NCBI GenBank assembly: GCA_009103225.1
Contig: RHPI01002438.1
Span: 570,943-628,756, forward strand
Source of the DNA: Chlorokybus atmophyticus
Lineage: Eukaryota > Plantae > Mesostigma and Chlorokybus algae
Direction: 5' to 3'
Length of the DNA stretch: 57,814 bases
Both the position numbers and the translations under genes were made by a program. The notes under the pieces are model-generated. The model was not told where the DNA came from and did not search any database. It saw only the letters and a list, made by a program, of their open reading frames with translations. This document shows, piece after piece, positions 1 to 11,900 of the stretch. The stretch's first letter is position 1. Each line of letters starts with the position of its first letter.

Positions 1-927
1 GGGCGGGGGTTAACATGATGGTGCCGGTGGATAAGTCTGGGTAGATGCCGTAGAGGTATGGGCCGTACTGGATCAGCTGGGGCCTCTGTATGTAGGCACA
101 TAGCACACACACACACACACGATGCATCAGTGCGTGCATGTGAACATGCCGAGAGAGAGGGAGAGGGAGATGCGCCACCTTCTGGGCGGGGGGGAGGTAG
201 GACAGGGTGATGTGGCCAGTCCACGCCGTGCCGAGGGTGTTGCCACCCGCCACACGGAAGGCACTAGTGCTGTTGGGAAAGCGAGGGGGGGAGGGGGGGG
301 AGGGAGATGTNGTCCAGGTGGTACCGGTCGTCGAGGAGGAGGAGGCGCAGCTGCCCTGAGGCAGTGGAGGAGCCCAACCTGAAAAAGGGGTTACCGTTGA
401 TGTTGCAACTGTTGTAGTTGGTGCTCATTGGACAGTGTGTGCACTCATCAACATGCCCCCCCGATCTCAGCGCAAACACATTGAATATACCACACGGGCG
501 CAACACACATGAACAANATGTGTGTGCAAAGCATGTGCGCATGTACTCACACGCGCGCGCACACGCACATACTTATTTGAGGATGTAGGTGGCGTAGATA
601 GAGGTAGTGGCTGAGCCAGAGTGCGTGAATGTGGCGATGGAGGGATGATCCGCCGTCAAGCCTAAGTCTGCAGCGGCCTGAAGACACGTGTGCACAAGAG
701 CAGCATGCGCACATGTGTGTCACGACCTGGTGTGTAATTGGAGAGTGTTGGGGGACGCACGGAGAAAATATACAGCTATATGTGTGCATGTGTCTTCTCA
801 CCTCAATGTTGACGACAGCAGAGAAGGACTGGCCGTCAATACAGGCAAGGCTCTGCTGCTTGCGCACGTTGCCAACAGCGCCCTATTGTTGTTGCACACA
901 ATCATCATGCATGCTGGGCAACGAGGA

Positions 928-970
928 CAACAACAACAGCAGCAACAGCAGCAGCAGCAGCAGCAGCAGC
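928..970. repeat. (CAA/CAG)n trinucleotide microsatellite
   Basis: caacaacaacagcagcaacagcagcag... read directly; it explains the polyQ/polyL/polyS ORFs in the track. Confidence 0.9.
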
Positions 971-3255
971 ATACTCACGGCGAAGGCGAGGACAACTCCA
1001 CGGGGGACGGAAAAGTTGGCTGCGTCGAGGCCCGAGGCCGCTACATGCACCACACAACATGATGAACTTGACCCCGCATGATGCACCTGACTACCACATG
1101 CACCAGTACAGTCACATATCCCCCTCCCCCCACCCCTCCCACCCCACACNACCCACACACGTTACCCGCCTAGAGTGGCCGCCTGTGAAGCAGGGAAGCT
1201 CCCGGAGGCGAGGGGAAGAGTGGCGCCCACCATATTCGCCACAACCAGGAGGAGGAGAAGGAGCAGGGGAAGGAGGGAGGAGCGGGCAGACATTGCTAGT
1301 CAGAGAGAGAGTGGGTGTGAGAGAGTGAGAGGGTGTGAGAGGGAGTGTGTGTATGGAGAGGAGACTGTCTATGAATTGGATTGGGTGGTGGGTGGCTTAC
1401 ACAGTGTGGGCCGCGCTAGTGTGGGCCGCGTATGGTAACGACAAAAGGGGGGAAGAGGGGAGGGCGCAACTTACTACTACCTGCTCGTGTGCACACTGGC
1501 CTTCCATTGCCAATACTACATGGTTCCGTCGGGGGTACGGCACAAACGCACGCACACATGCACTGTGCAACATACGTGTACAAAATTTTTCTTGTTGTCC
1601 GTCCGAGGTGCACACGCTCCGCACTATTGCCTAGGTGACACACCCCTAGGCAGCACCGCTCCGGCACTTGAAAGACATATTGGCTACATGATGTGTTTAT
1701 GTCTAACAGCAACATGTGGTGTGGTGTCGCATAGCGGCGCACTCCATACGCAGCATGGCCCTTTGACTTAAAAGGGAACCTCACACTAACTGCTACACTA
1801 ACGACTTTGGTTTGCCGTTCCATCATCACGTCAATGCAAAGTGCCGCTACCTGAGTTGCTTCACCGTTGACCGTTTACACGCTCTGTTAACATTAGACAA
1901 GCGGGGGACGATGGCCAAATTTTTCTTCGCCACGCACGTGGTACACATTGACGTGTAGCAGTGATATCAAAGCTACTGCACGGAAAGCCTTTGCCAAATC
2001 ATCAACCCGTGCCGTCGTCGACCGTCGACGCACGCGTGCTGACGCCGACGCCGTTGAACGTCGGCAGCGGTGAGGGGGGCGCGGAGCAGCTCGTGTTAGT
2101 GCCGCAGATGCACGGTCTGTGCAGCTTGTAATGGTCTACCGCTGCTTCGTCGTGTTAGTACTCGCTGACAGTTGCAGGGTTTGTTTGTTGTATAGGCTTG
2201 CTATATAAAACTTGTGTGTTGTACATTGTCGGCGTAGCAACTGGCTCAAACAGATTGCAAACATCACTGACAAATAACGGCAGGGTTAACTGTATAGGCA
2301 GCACAATTTGTATGTGTTACAAAACTTGACGTATACGCGCGCGCGAGCACACACATTGTTGTATGCACATAGCACATACTTTGCGCACATCAAGCGTCCC
2401 GTGTCATCGTCGTTATCCTGCAGCTAACACCGCTCCTGTTGCCGTTGCTTGCACTTGGTTGCATTATGCCCCTAGGTAGCCCTCCGGTGTATCTAATGTC
2501 AGTGTTTGTTGCTTGCTTGTTGGCTGGGTGTGCCGTTCAATTTATATACTTGTGTATCAATGGCATCGCTTATCAGCTAATGCACAATTTCCAACAACAC
2601 CTCATGCCAAAGCAGCCCGCACATACCCAATAGCAGGTGCACTGGCGTGTAGTTATATAACAACTGGCAACATTGCCACGCTGCACCCGCAGCCTTCATC
2701 GATGTGGTAGAGGTCCTCAAACATTGCCAGCTCGAAGGGGGAGGGAAAGGGGAGGAGTGAAGGCACCAACAGCAAGGCGCTGGGCACTGCTGGACGATCA
2801 GTATGCAATACTCGTGTGACTACTGCTTGCACTGCAAAACCNCTAGATTAGTTGCATGCAAGGTGTCAAACACAACAGCAATATAACATGCAGCAGTGGG
2901 CACATACCATGCTTACACTCTACATGAGCACTTCACCATCGGGCTGCCTACTTTACCTAACACGCTAAGCCCCTACCCCATGAGTCCGACCAACATGCAT
3001 GGTGTCCAGCAATCATTTGCACCGCGGCTGTGGTTAGCTACCAGCCTCCTTTATGGCAGCATCAGCAAGAGCAAACTCTAAGGACTCCCCCGCCCTCCAC
3101 CACCCCGCCGCCGCCCACTTTCCGCTCGCTCGCTACTGCGTGCCAACGCTGCCGTCACGCCAATTAGGATTAGCGCTCTTGCAGCATGCATGTGTAACGT
3201 CAGCAAGACGACGTCGCCTATGCTGTTGCCGTGGGTCGTCGCTTTGTGTGCTCCA

Positions 3256-3296
3256 ATGGGAAACAGCCCGGCCGCGGCGTCCGGGCTGTTTCCCAT
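3256..3296. other. Perfect 16-bp inverted repeat with 9-nt loop
   Basis: atgggaaacagcccgg-ccgcggcgt-ccgggctgtttcccat. Confidence 0.85.
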
Positions 3297-3986
3297 AGGA
3301 GCACGATCAATGATTAATCGAGAGGAAGGATGAAGCGAGATAGGTCATTTTATTGTATGCGCTGTTGTGTTGCCCATTCTCTATTGTGTGATGACGATGT
3401 GGTGCTGCTTGCCGAGCACTCGGCTACATACCATGTAGGTAGAAAGGTACGTTGGTATGCTTTCTATTACGCAACTTCTATGTGTGTCAGACTTGTTGCA
3501 ATAGATGCATCTCCGACAGTGTTGTCGTTTAGGCTTGTGACGCTCAAATTTAGCCACAAGATGGCAACTTTGCGGGAGCCGTCCAGACACGCATGAGTTT
3601 GCGCTGTAGGCACATAGCAATGCAGCACACACATTGCAGCGATTGAACTCCATACTTGAACAGCAACCATCGTGAAGCACCCCACAACGCCGTAATGATG
3701 GCCTCTTGAGTACATGCAATGCGTGTGCACTTGCTGCAAACGAGGAGCATTGTTATTGTTCAACAACAGCACAAGTTGTTACAGCTGTTGTCGTCGTGTT
3801 GATGAACATGCAATTTCATGATGATACGCCTGCGGAGCTCTAGAATGCACATGCCCGAGCGTGCATTATCTTGCGTATGCATACGCGCATGCCAAAAGAG
3901 AGACATGTAATGATGTTCTAAAGTAGGGCCAAGAGGTAGTGGGAAGATGGCGCGCGCGCGCGCGCGAGGGGGGGGGCTATGCTCAC

Positions 3987-4726
3987 NNNNNNNNNNNNNN
4001 NNNNNNNNNNNNNNNNNNNNNNNNNNNNNNNNNNNNNNNNNNNNNNNNNNNNNNNNNNNNNNNNNNNNNNNNNNNNNNNNNNNNNNNNNNNNNNNNNNNN
4101 NNNNNNNNNNNNNNNNNNNNNNNNNNNNNNNNNNNNNNNNNNNNNNNNNNNNNNNNNNNNNNNNNNNNNNNNNNNNNNNNNNNNNNNNNNNNNNNNNNNN
4201 NNNNNNNNNNNNNNNNNNNNNNNNNNNNNNNNNNNNNNNNNNNNNNNNNNNNNNNNNNNNNNNNNNNNNNNNNNNNNNNNNNNNNNNNNNNNNNNNNNNN
4301 NNNNNNNNNNNNNNNNNNNNNNNNNNNNNNNNNNNNNNNNNNNNNNNNNNNNNNNNNNNNNNNNNNNNNNNNNNNNNNNNNNNNNNNNNNNNNNNNNNNN
4401 NNNNNNNNNNNNNNNNNNNNNNNNNNNNNNNNNNNNNNNNNNNNNNNNNNNNNNNNNNNNNNNNNNNNNNNNNNNNNNNNNNNNNNNNNNNNNNNNNNNN
4501 NNNNNNNNNNNNNNNNNNNNNNNNNNNNNNNNNNNNNNNNNNNNNNNNNNNNNNNNNNNNNNNNNNNNNNNNNNNNNNNNNNNNNNNNNNNNNNNNNNNN
4601 NNNNNNNNNNNNNNNNNNNNNNNNNNNNNNNNNNNNNNNNNNNNNNNNNNNNNNNNNNNNNNNNNNNNNNNNNNNNNNNNNNNNNNNNNNNNNNNNNNNN
4701 NNNNNNNNNNNNNNNNNNNNNNNNNG
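3987..4726. other. Assembly gap (740 N)
   Basis: Run of n. Confidence 1.
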
Positions 4727-4789
4727 GGGGGCGGGGCAACACGCAGCACATTTATGTGTCAAAGTTGGGGAAGCGGCGGCTGGGCAAAG

Positions 4790-5830
4790 ATATACAATTG
4801 CATATCAACGTGTTACTTACGGTACTCGTTGCATGCTGTAGCTATGCGTGCCACAAACGATTGTTACAGCAACACAGTAACACAGCAACACAACACACAA
4901 CACACACAAAGCATCGCGGTCATTGTGCTCAGTCCATCGCTGCCTCACACCCGGCACCGGCAGGTCATGCAGTACTTGCAGTCGTTCTTCTACTCGCGCC
5001 CCGTATTAAAACAACATCCCGTCAATCTGCATTGCAAAGCTAGCTGCTCACGCTGGTTAGTCACTGGCAATCTTGAAACAGCTGCATTTGGCGGTCATGT
5101 CTCTCCTGCAGCTGCTGCCATGCCGTGTCCAGCCTCATCGTGGTCAAAGCAGCCTCCACTTGAGGTCAGCTGCTACCTGGCTGTTGTTTTCCTATGCTTT
5201 GTTGTAGCAGCTGCCAGGTGAAGTTGTGTTCACTCAAGGTGCTTGGTACTTGATATGCAGAAGTCCCACGGGAGCAAGCTTGCGCAGAATGCTGTGCGCC
5301 TCTTAACTGCACACGAAAACGGCGTTGGTTGAGAAGAGTTGCAGCTGCTCTCAGCGCTTGATGATGTAGCCACGAGCAGTGACAATAATGGCATGCGCAA
5401 GCAGGGTTGCCTACAGTGTTGTATATTCGCAAGTGAATTGACTGCACAACAGCACCTTTTGGCCCAGAAGGTGCAGTTGTCAACGGTTGTATGCTATGTT
5501 TGTTGACGACCACATGTCGCAGCATGTTACCGCAGCTATGTCACAACACTGGCAGCACAAGCAGAGTTGGTCACCATGAAGGCATTACCCAACCGCTAAA
5601 AGTCAAGGACCGAACTCGCACTAACTAATGGCTTGCAGGACGGTACACGACCAGAACCGCTGTTCCTCAAAACGACGTCCATGCGTACTAAGATGCTCGC
5701 CTTCAACAGCCACCGTGATGACCAGCACAATGCCACTCGGGGGTGCTTGACCACTGCGTTCGGCGAGCAATTGACTTGGTCTGGGTTCGCAGCATCTCGT
5801 CGACGGTCGGCGCACGCGTCCTCACATGAG
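4790..5830 (-). pseudogene. Degenerate copy of the coiled-coil module and upstream block of the 15.2-kb gene
   Basis: Blocks alignable by eye with 17895-18570 and 15100-15800 (e.g. catatcaacg...ttgttacagcaacacagtaacacagcaacac; gtgtccagcctcatcgtgg). No long intact frame. Confidence 0.7.
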
Positions 5831-6182
5831 GTTTCTCAGCCTCTCAGCAGCCGGGCAGCAGCGGTGGCGCAGGCGACACTCTTGCTGCTCATCACTGCAG
5901 AGAGAGAGCAGGCGACTTAGTTGACAGGTTGGGTAGTTGGCGAGGTAGGTTGGAGGCGGGGGGCTTGCCGCAGTCTCGGCGAGCAATTCAGAGGGCGGCC
6001 GGTGCACACGCAAGCAGGCTATCTCCTCCCCATAAACGATGTACATGTGTGGTGCTCGTCTATTGTCAGGTCGCACTGGGCTGCTCTGGTAGCTATCCAG
6101 TCGGACTTCAGCGCAACGGTCGGCAGGAAGCATGGTTCGCGATTCTGGGAACAGACCCAAGGTGGAACCGCCGGGGGGGGGN

Positions 6183-6464
6183 GACATCTTCAAAATTCTC
6201 AGCTCGGCATCCGGCCGGCAGTCCACCTAGTGCGAAGCACAGCTGTAAGAAGACTGAGACCAGTGACAAACATACTGTGCGGTCAATATGCAGCAGAATG
6301 GCAGCGCACATGGGTGAACAACTGACCTTCGTTTTCAACTTAGCAATGACATCACCCACGGTGCGTTGTTTTGTGACCCAAATGTTCAGCACTTGCCCCT
6401 AATGATTTGGATGCTGATCAGTCAACAGAGTGCTGGTGAAGAATGACTTGCAGTAACACGGATA
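6183..6464 (-). repeat. 282-bp copy of 11287-11568 (USP7-like exons) between two G-runs
   Basis: Base-by-base reading showed no mismatch. Flanked by ggggggggn on the left and a G run on the right. Confidence 0.85.
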
Positions 6465-8452
6465 GGGGGGGGGGAAGGGGGATGCATGCGTGGTGCATGT
6501 TGCTGCGATACTGGATTCAGGTTCATACGCGCATGCGCACCTGCCTCATACAGCACAATCCAGAGTAGCAACATGCAACGCATGCATGTGAGCGGGTGCG
6601 TGCGAGCATGGCCGCAATGTGTGTGCATGTTCAGGTACGTTGTTGGGGTCGCGGGCAAGGTCACATCTTGACTACGGTAGTTAAGAAGGCGTCCTTTGAG
6701 TACCTGAGCATTTGTTACTTGTTTCCGATAAAATGAAAAGTAAAAACGAATATGTTTGCATACCCAGGACGTTGTGTCCATGATCAACTGTTATACATAG
6801 TTAGCATGGCAGCGTGGATGTATCCTTTTGTGGATGTATCCTTTCAACCCATCACAGGGCAGGTGTTGAGTGGGAAGGAGGTCCATAGGTGATTGATCTC
6901 CTGAGCGCTGCCATGACACATGCAACAACGATGCTGTAATACAGCGATCATGCAGAACTTGCAGCTACAGACTGTGTCCTGCATGGCAAATGCAGCTTAC
7001 GACAGATTCTGAGACGCACACGCACGCACGCACGCACACACACAGTGCTACCAGAAATATTCAGCCAGCGCAGCCCACAGCACATACCCAGCAGCAGTGT
7101 CGTTGGCAGGCAACCCTCCCTAACTTTTTGCAGCAGTCCGGCAGGCAGCTGGCAACCTTGGCCTGTCGCACCCGCTGCATCCGCAGAGCTGCCTACACCA
7201 AGCTGGAGGCCCTCATTGCCAAGGGGGGCTGGGGACCCCCCTGTCAAATTTGTTGAACAACTTGACAATGAGCGAAGAGGCAGAAGAGCGATACGGGTGA
7301 TACGGGACACATAGCTCGCCAGCCATCTTCGCTGCTACTGCGCATGCAGGAGAGAAGAGGGCGACCGCGGTGTTGGTTATAGTCAAGGGGAAGTTTGAGG
7401 CGAGGTGGGTCTCGTTCTGGTGGCGTGTGCCAATTTGCGTTGCTTTGCCATGTCTGTGTTGTGCAGCGGTGCTGTCTCACCTGCTCGTTGTGCATAAGAG
7501 AGATGTCTGCGGCAGTGCGCAAGTGCTGTACTGCATGCTGCCAGATCTGTTTGGCCTCCAAAGAATGCTATCCAAAAGTAGTGAAGTGGTGTTTATTGAG
7601 CGTACAGATGCTGTGCGTATAGATGCTGTCGGAAATGACAAAGTAGTGTCCAGTGTGCGAAGAAGCTGTCTAGTCTGCTGTGCGTAAGTAATGTCTGATA
7701 TGAGGAAGGGACGGCGGCGCCACACTTTCAAGTTAGGGCTTTGTCTGCTGCAATGCCTGAGTCACACCAAGCTGATAGGCGTCCGCTTGGCCTTGACCTC
7801 CCTAGCTTGTGCTTAAAATGAAGGAAGGTGTTGGCATGCTTGCAGCTGCCTAGTGGGCAGGGGCGGTTGCCATACCATGCTGGAGGACTTGGCATTGGTT
7901 GGCATCTGTTGCTGCATTGGGAGTAGGTGTAAGCGGATATGAATGCATTTCCTGGCCCCTTCTATTTCAAGTCAACGACTTGTACTCGTCGTCACCAACG
8001 CATAATTGGGATGAGCTGTTGTGTGAGGGCACTCCCTAGCTATACTAGGCGTACATGCTTGCGAGATGCGTACTACTCATTATCACAATCCGGAGTGCGA
8101 ATGCTCTATTCTACTCAAATACGTAGCCGTTACATTTATCAGATTAGCAGTTGTCTTGCACTGGGCACTGGGCAAATCTTCTTACAACTGCGCGCAATGC
8201 GTAGGATGCTTGCAACAGCACACGCACCTTACTTGCAGCGTGCTTATGCACACAAGTGTCACATCCAGCACATGGCAACAGTTAGCCAACCGCCGCAACA
8301 TATAATCAAGTGCACGTGCGGTGCTCAGGTCGCGTATGAAATGGAACACTACTAACCCACATTATGCACAGCTGCACCATGACTGCAACACCAATGCCCG
8401 CATGGCAGCGCAAAGTACCTCTGCTAGCAGATACCAACAATAGTCAACAACG

Positions 8453-8986
8453 TTACCATAGCTTGGTTTCTTTCTTCTTGATCTCTTGCTTCCACTTGGG
8501 CAACCGGTAGAAGTCTGGCTTGGGCATGCCCAGTATCGATAGGAAGTCCTCGTCAGAAAGGAATGACTGCGAACATGTAGTTTCAGTGCCAAAGAACTTA
8601 CACACTAACATGCCGAACCAATGCCAAACAGGCGCTGCTAGCTATGTGATAGCCCAAGAACATAACGCTTCCGTGTGATTCACTTTATTCATTTATGGCA
8701 TGCAACCAACGATGCGATGCAGTGTGCGCAATGCAGTCTTCACACTTACCTCACGTTTGTGTGGGATCACTCTTGGCGGCATGGTGGGACTGCCAGCAAC
8801 CAAGTGCTCATATGCAATGGTGCCTCCACCCATGGAACTCTCAGCTCTGGTTGCTTGCGGTGCCGTGGCTGGCGGCACCCCATTGATGCTTTTGGTTGTG
8901 CTGGCTTTTGGTTCAGCTTCAATATTCAGCTTTGGAATCGCCTCTGAAGCCCGTTGTGACTTTTGTTCGGCCAGTGCTGGCATGGC
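8453..8986 (-). CDS. Villin headpiece-encoding terminal exons (8986-8750, 8566-8453)
   Basis: LSDEDF..I.GM.K..FY.LPKWKQ...KK...LW matches the VHP consensus. Phase-0 donor gag|gtaagt at 8749 and acceptor cgcag| at 8567. Missed by the ORF track. Confidence 0.85.
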
Positions 8987-11900
8987 CTACTCGCAACAGC
9001 AACATTGTAGACACCAGAATGGTAACGTGCACCCAAAAGTACCATATGCACAAGCGAATGAAAGCGCGTGCACTCGCACATGCAAACGGCCAGTGCAGGG
9101 CATGGCCTACTCGCAACAGCAACATTGTAGACACCGGAATGGTAACGTGCACCCAAAAGTACCATATGCACAAGCGAATGAAAGCGCGTGCACTCGCACA
9201 TGCAAACGCTTGTGACGGTAATCTGTGTGTATGCAGCATTGAGCACAAGTCACCTGTTGTGATTGCTGAGGTTGCTCGTAGCCAGTAGTGGCTGACGATT
9301 GAAGCGCTGGTGCAGCAGTTGGGAAAGCTATAGTTGATGCCGAGGGTGGTGACCAACTTGTGGCAAACGCAACCTCCCCTGACCCCAGCAGGAGAACTTC
9401 TTGAACCTCCCCACCGTCAAGCTTTGCAGGTGAGGAAGCTGAAGCGCTTACTGAGTGCGAAGCAGGCTCACTCGCTGCTGAGGATGGCGGTGGGCTCTGA
9501 AACATACCTGCGAAACTGCACGCTAACGCATCCAACGCTTCGGTGGATGCTGATTTCATCAAGCGAGGAGTGGTTGTAAAACTGGATTCTGGGCCAACTA
9601 CTGAGGCTGATGTAGCTGTGCTGGACCCAAGTGCTGGCCACGCAGGAACAGGGCTGGTGCTCGACCCAAAGGGCAGCGTGCTCTGCGAAAAACTTGGCCC
9701 AGTTGTTGGACTTGGTGCTGGTGCGCTGCAGAATGGCATCGACAATGGCCTGGGAGCAGCAGTAGTCGAACCAATATCGGAGCTCGGTTTGACAGTTGGG
9801 CAGCTTGACGGGGCAGATGCTTGCAAAGGTGTTGTGGATTTGAAGGCTGCGGCTAAGCTGGCGAATGCATTAGTGCTGCTTGCGAACGCTCCAAATCCTT
9901 TGTGCGGCGAACTGATTGGGAGTGGTGAAGAAGTAGAAGGTGTGATTGCATCAGATGCCATAGTAGTTAGATTGGTGGTTAGTGTAGTCGGCGGCGTAGT
10001 AGTAGTGCTGGGTAGACTAGGATTAGCAGCAGTGATGTTCGAGTTCTGAGTCGTAGCAATAAGGCCAGTAGTGGACATAGTGGCTGGACTGATAGCAGGT
10101 GCAGTACTGCTCGTGCTTGAGGTTGGACCCAATCCTGGTGCGCTGACAAGTGGCATCGACACTGGCATGGAAGCAGCAACAGTAGTCGAGCTGTAAGCCG
10201 TGCTCTGCAAATAGACAAAGCCATGGCGGAGAGATGGGTGTGAAGAATGTGCTGGCGCAGATGTTTTGAGCACTCTGATTTGCTCGCAGCAAGCTGCCAT
10301 CTTGCCTCGTTGTTGGCAAGGCATAGCAAAAACCAAATGGACAGATGCGTGAAACCCACGCCCTACACGACCTGCTTGGGTATGCACCTGGTAGGCATGT
10401 GGTCCTTTGGGCCCCACATCCGCGTGCTCCAGTCCAAGGTCGAAGTCGAATGAAAAACCGTACTTGTCTTGCCAGTGCTGAATGTTAGCACATCATATGT
10501 TATCAGCAGGGCAGTAGAATGCTGTAACATGATGAACTTCATGTTGAACATGACAGTACTCACCTGGAGTTTTGCTGCTACAACATCGGAATCCATTGCA
10601 TACTTAGGTTTGCTCATTTTCATGAATGCCAACTTGTACTGCGCACCACTAGTCAGGTGTGCACGTTGGCATGCCTGTGAAGAACACCAACTAGCAACGG
10701 CAAACAACTTGAAGAAACCGGCTGTCACCAAGCTCTGGTGATACAGTACCTTTGCAAACTCTTCAACGGGGACGCCAAGCTTGGCCTGTATCCGTCTTCT
10801 GACTTCCGCGGCCGTCTCATTCTCACGAACACACAACAAGAATGGATCCCCAAAATGATGCATCTGCACAAGATACAACAACACCCATGAGGATTGCGAG
10901 AGTAAGGTATGCCATTGAAGAGCGTCACACTTGACGCACCCAACCAGAAGGCTGCTTGGTGAAGTGTGACACACGAATCAGCCTGTCATTGGGGCCCATG
11001 TTTTTCTCATCTTCCGGGATCTGGCATGCATTCCAACCACATTTGTCACACATTGGTTCACAACAATGCATCGGGCTGCGCTTATGGCCCACGAAGGGTA
11101 TCGTTCCCTTACCTCTTCTGCGCGCCAAGTTGGGTTTTGGTATTTTAGTACTCCGAGGCTGAGAAAATCGTTAACCTCTGCATGGTGTGGCAACACCTGT
11201 TACAAGGTGGGTTAGTTTGTCACAGGAACCACCTCATGGCTTGAACTTGCAACAACTCAGGACAGACCTCGAAGATCTGGTTGAAGGACATCTTCAAAAT
11301 TCTCAGCTCGGCATCCGGCCGGCAGTCCACCTAGTGCGAAGCACAGCTGTAAGAAGACTGAGACCAGTGACAAACATACTGTGCGGTCAATATGCAGCAG
11401 AATGGCAGCGCACATGGGTGAACAACTGACCTTCGTTTTCAACTTAGCAATGACATCACCCACGGTGCGTTGTTTTGTGACCCAAATGTTCAGCACTTGC
11501 CCCTAATGATTTGGATGCTGATCAGTCAACAGAGTGCTGGTGAAGAATGACTTGCAGTAACACGGATATAGAGTAAGGCCTAGTACCTCCTGATTCTTGC
11601 CACTGTGGTAAACAATCTTGAGGGTCTTCCATCCAAGTTCTGACAGTGGAACGTCTAGCACTTCATAGTACAGAACGTCTGACACCTGTGTTGCAGAAAC
11701 ATGGAGGTGAGGTCCATCATGACTTGGCAATCAGTTGCCAAATCCCGCTGGACCTGGTATGCAGCGCTATCCCTAACGCTCAGAAGGCACACCTGGTTGT
11801 TTCGGACCAGCAAGTCCATCAGCCTGTCCACCCCGCGGTACTTGATGGGATCGGGATTGGGTGCGTGCGAGTAGCAATTGTAGGCAGTGAGCCTAACTTT

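Noticed and set aside
340-1000. Possible minus-strand secreted-protein exons (poly-Leu leader, IDGQSFSAVVNIE, NYNSCNINGNPF, LRLLLLDDRYH)
   Set aside because: There is an in-frame stop at 883, the leader derives from a microsatellite, and no family could be assigned.
3760-5221. Long ORFs spanning 3.8-5.2 kb
   Set aside because: They are artefacts of the 740-N gap.
9543-10049. Plus-strand 168-aa ORF
   Set aside because: Antisense shadow of the S/T/P-rich exon.
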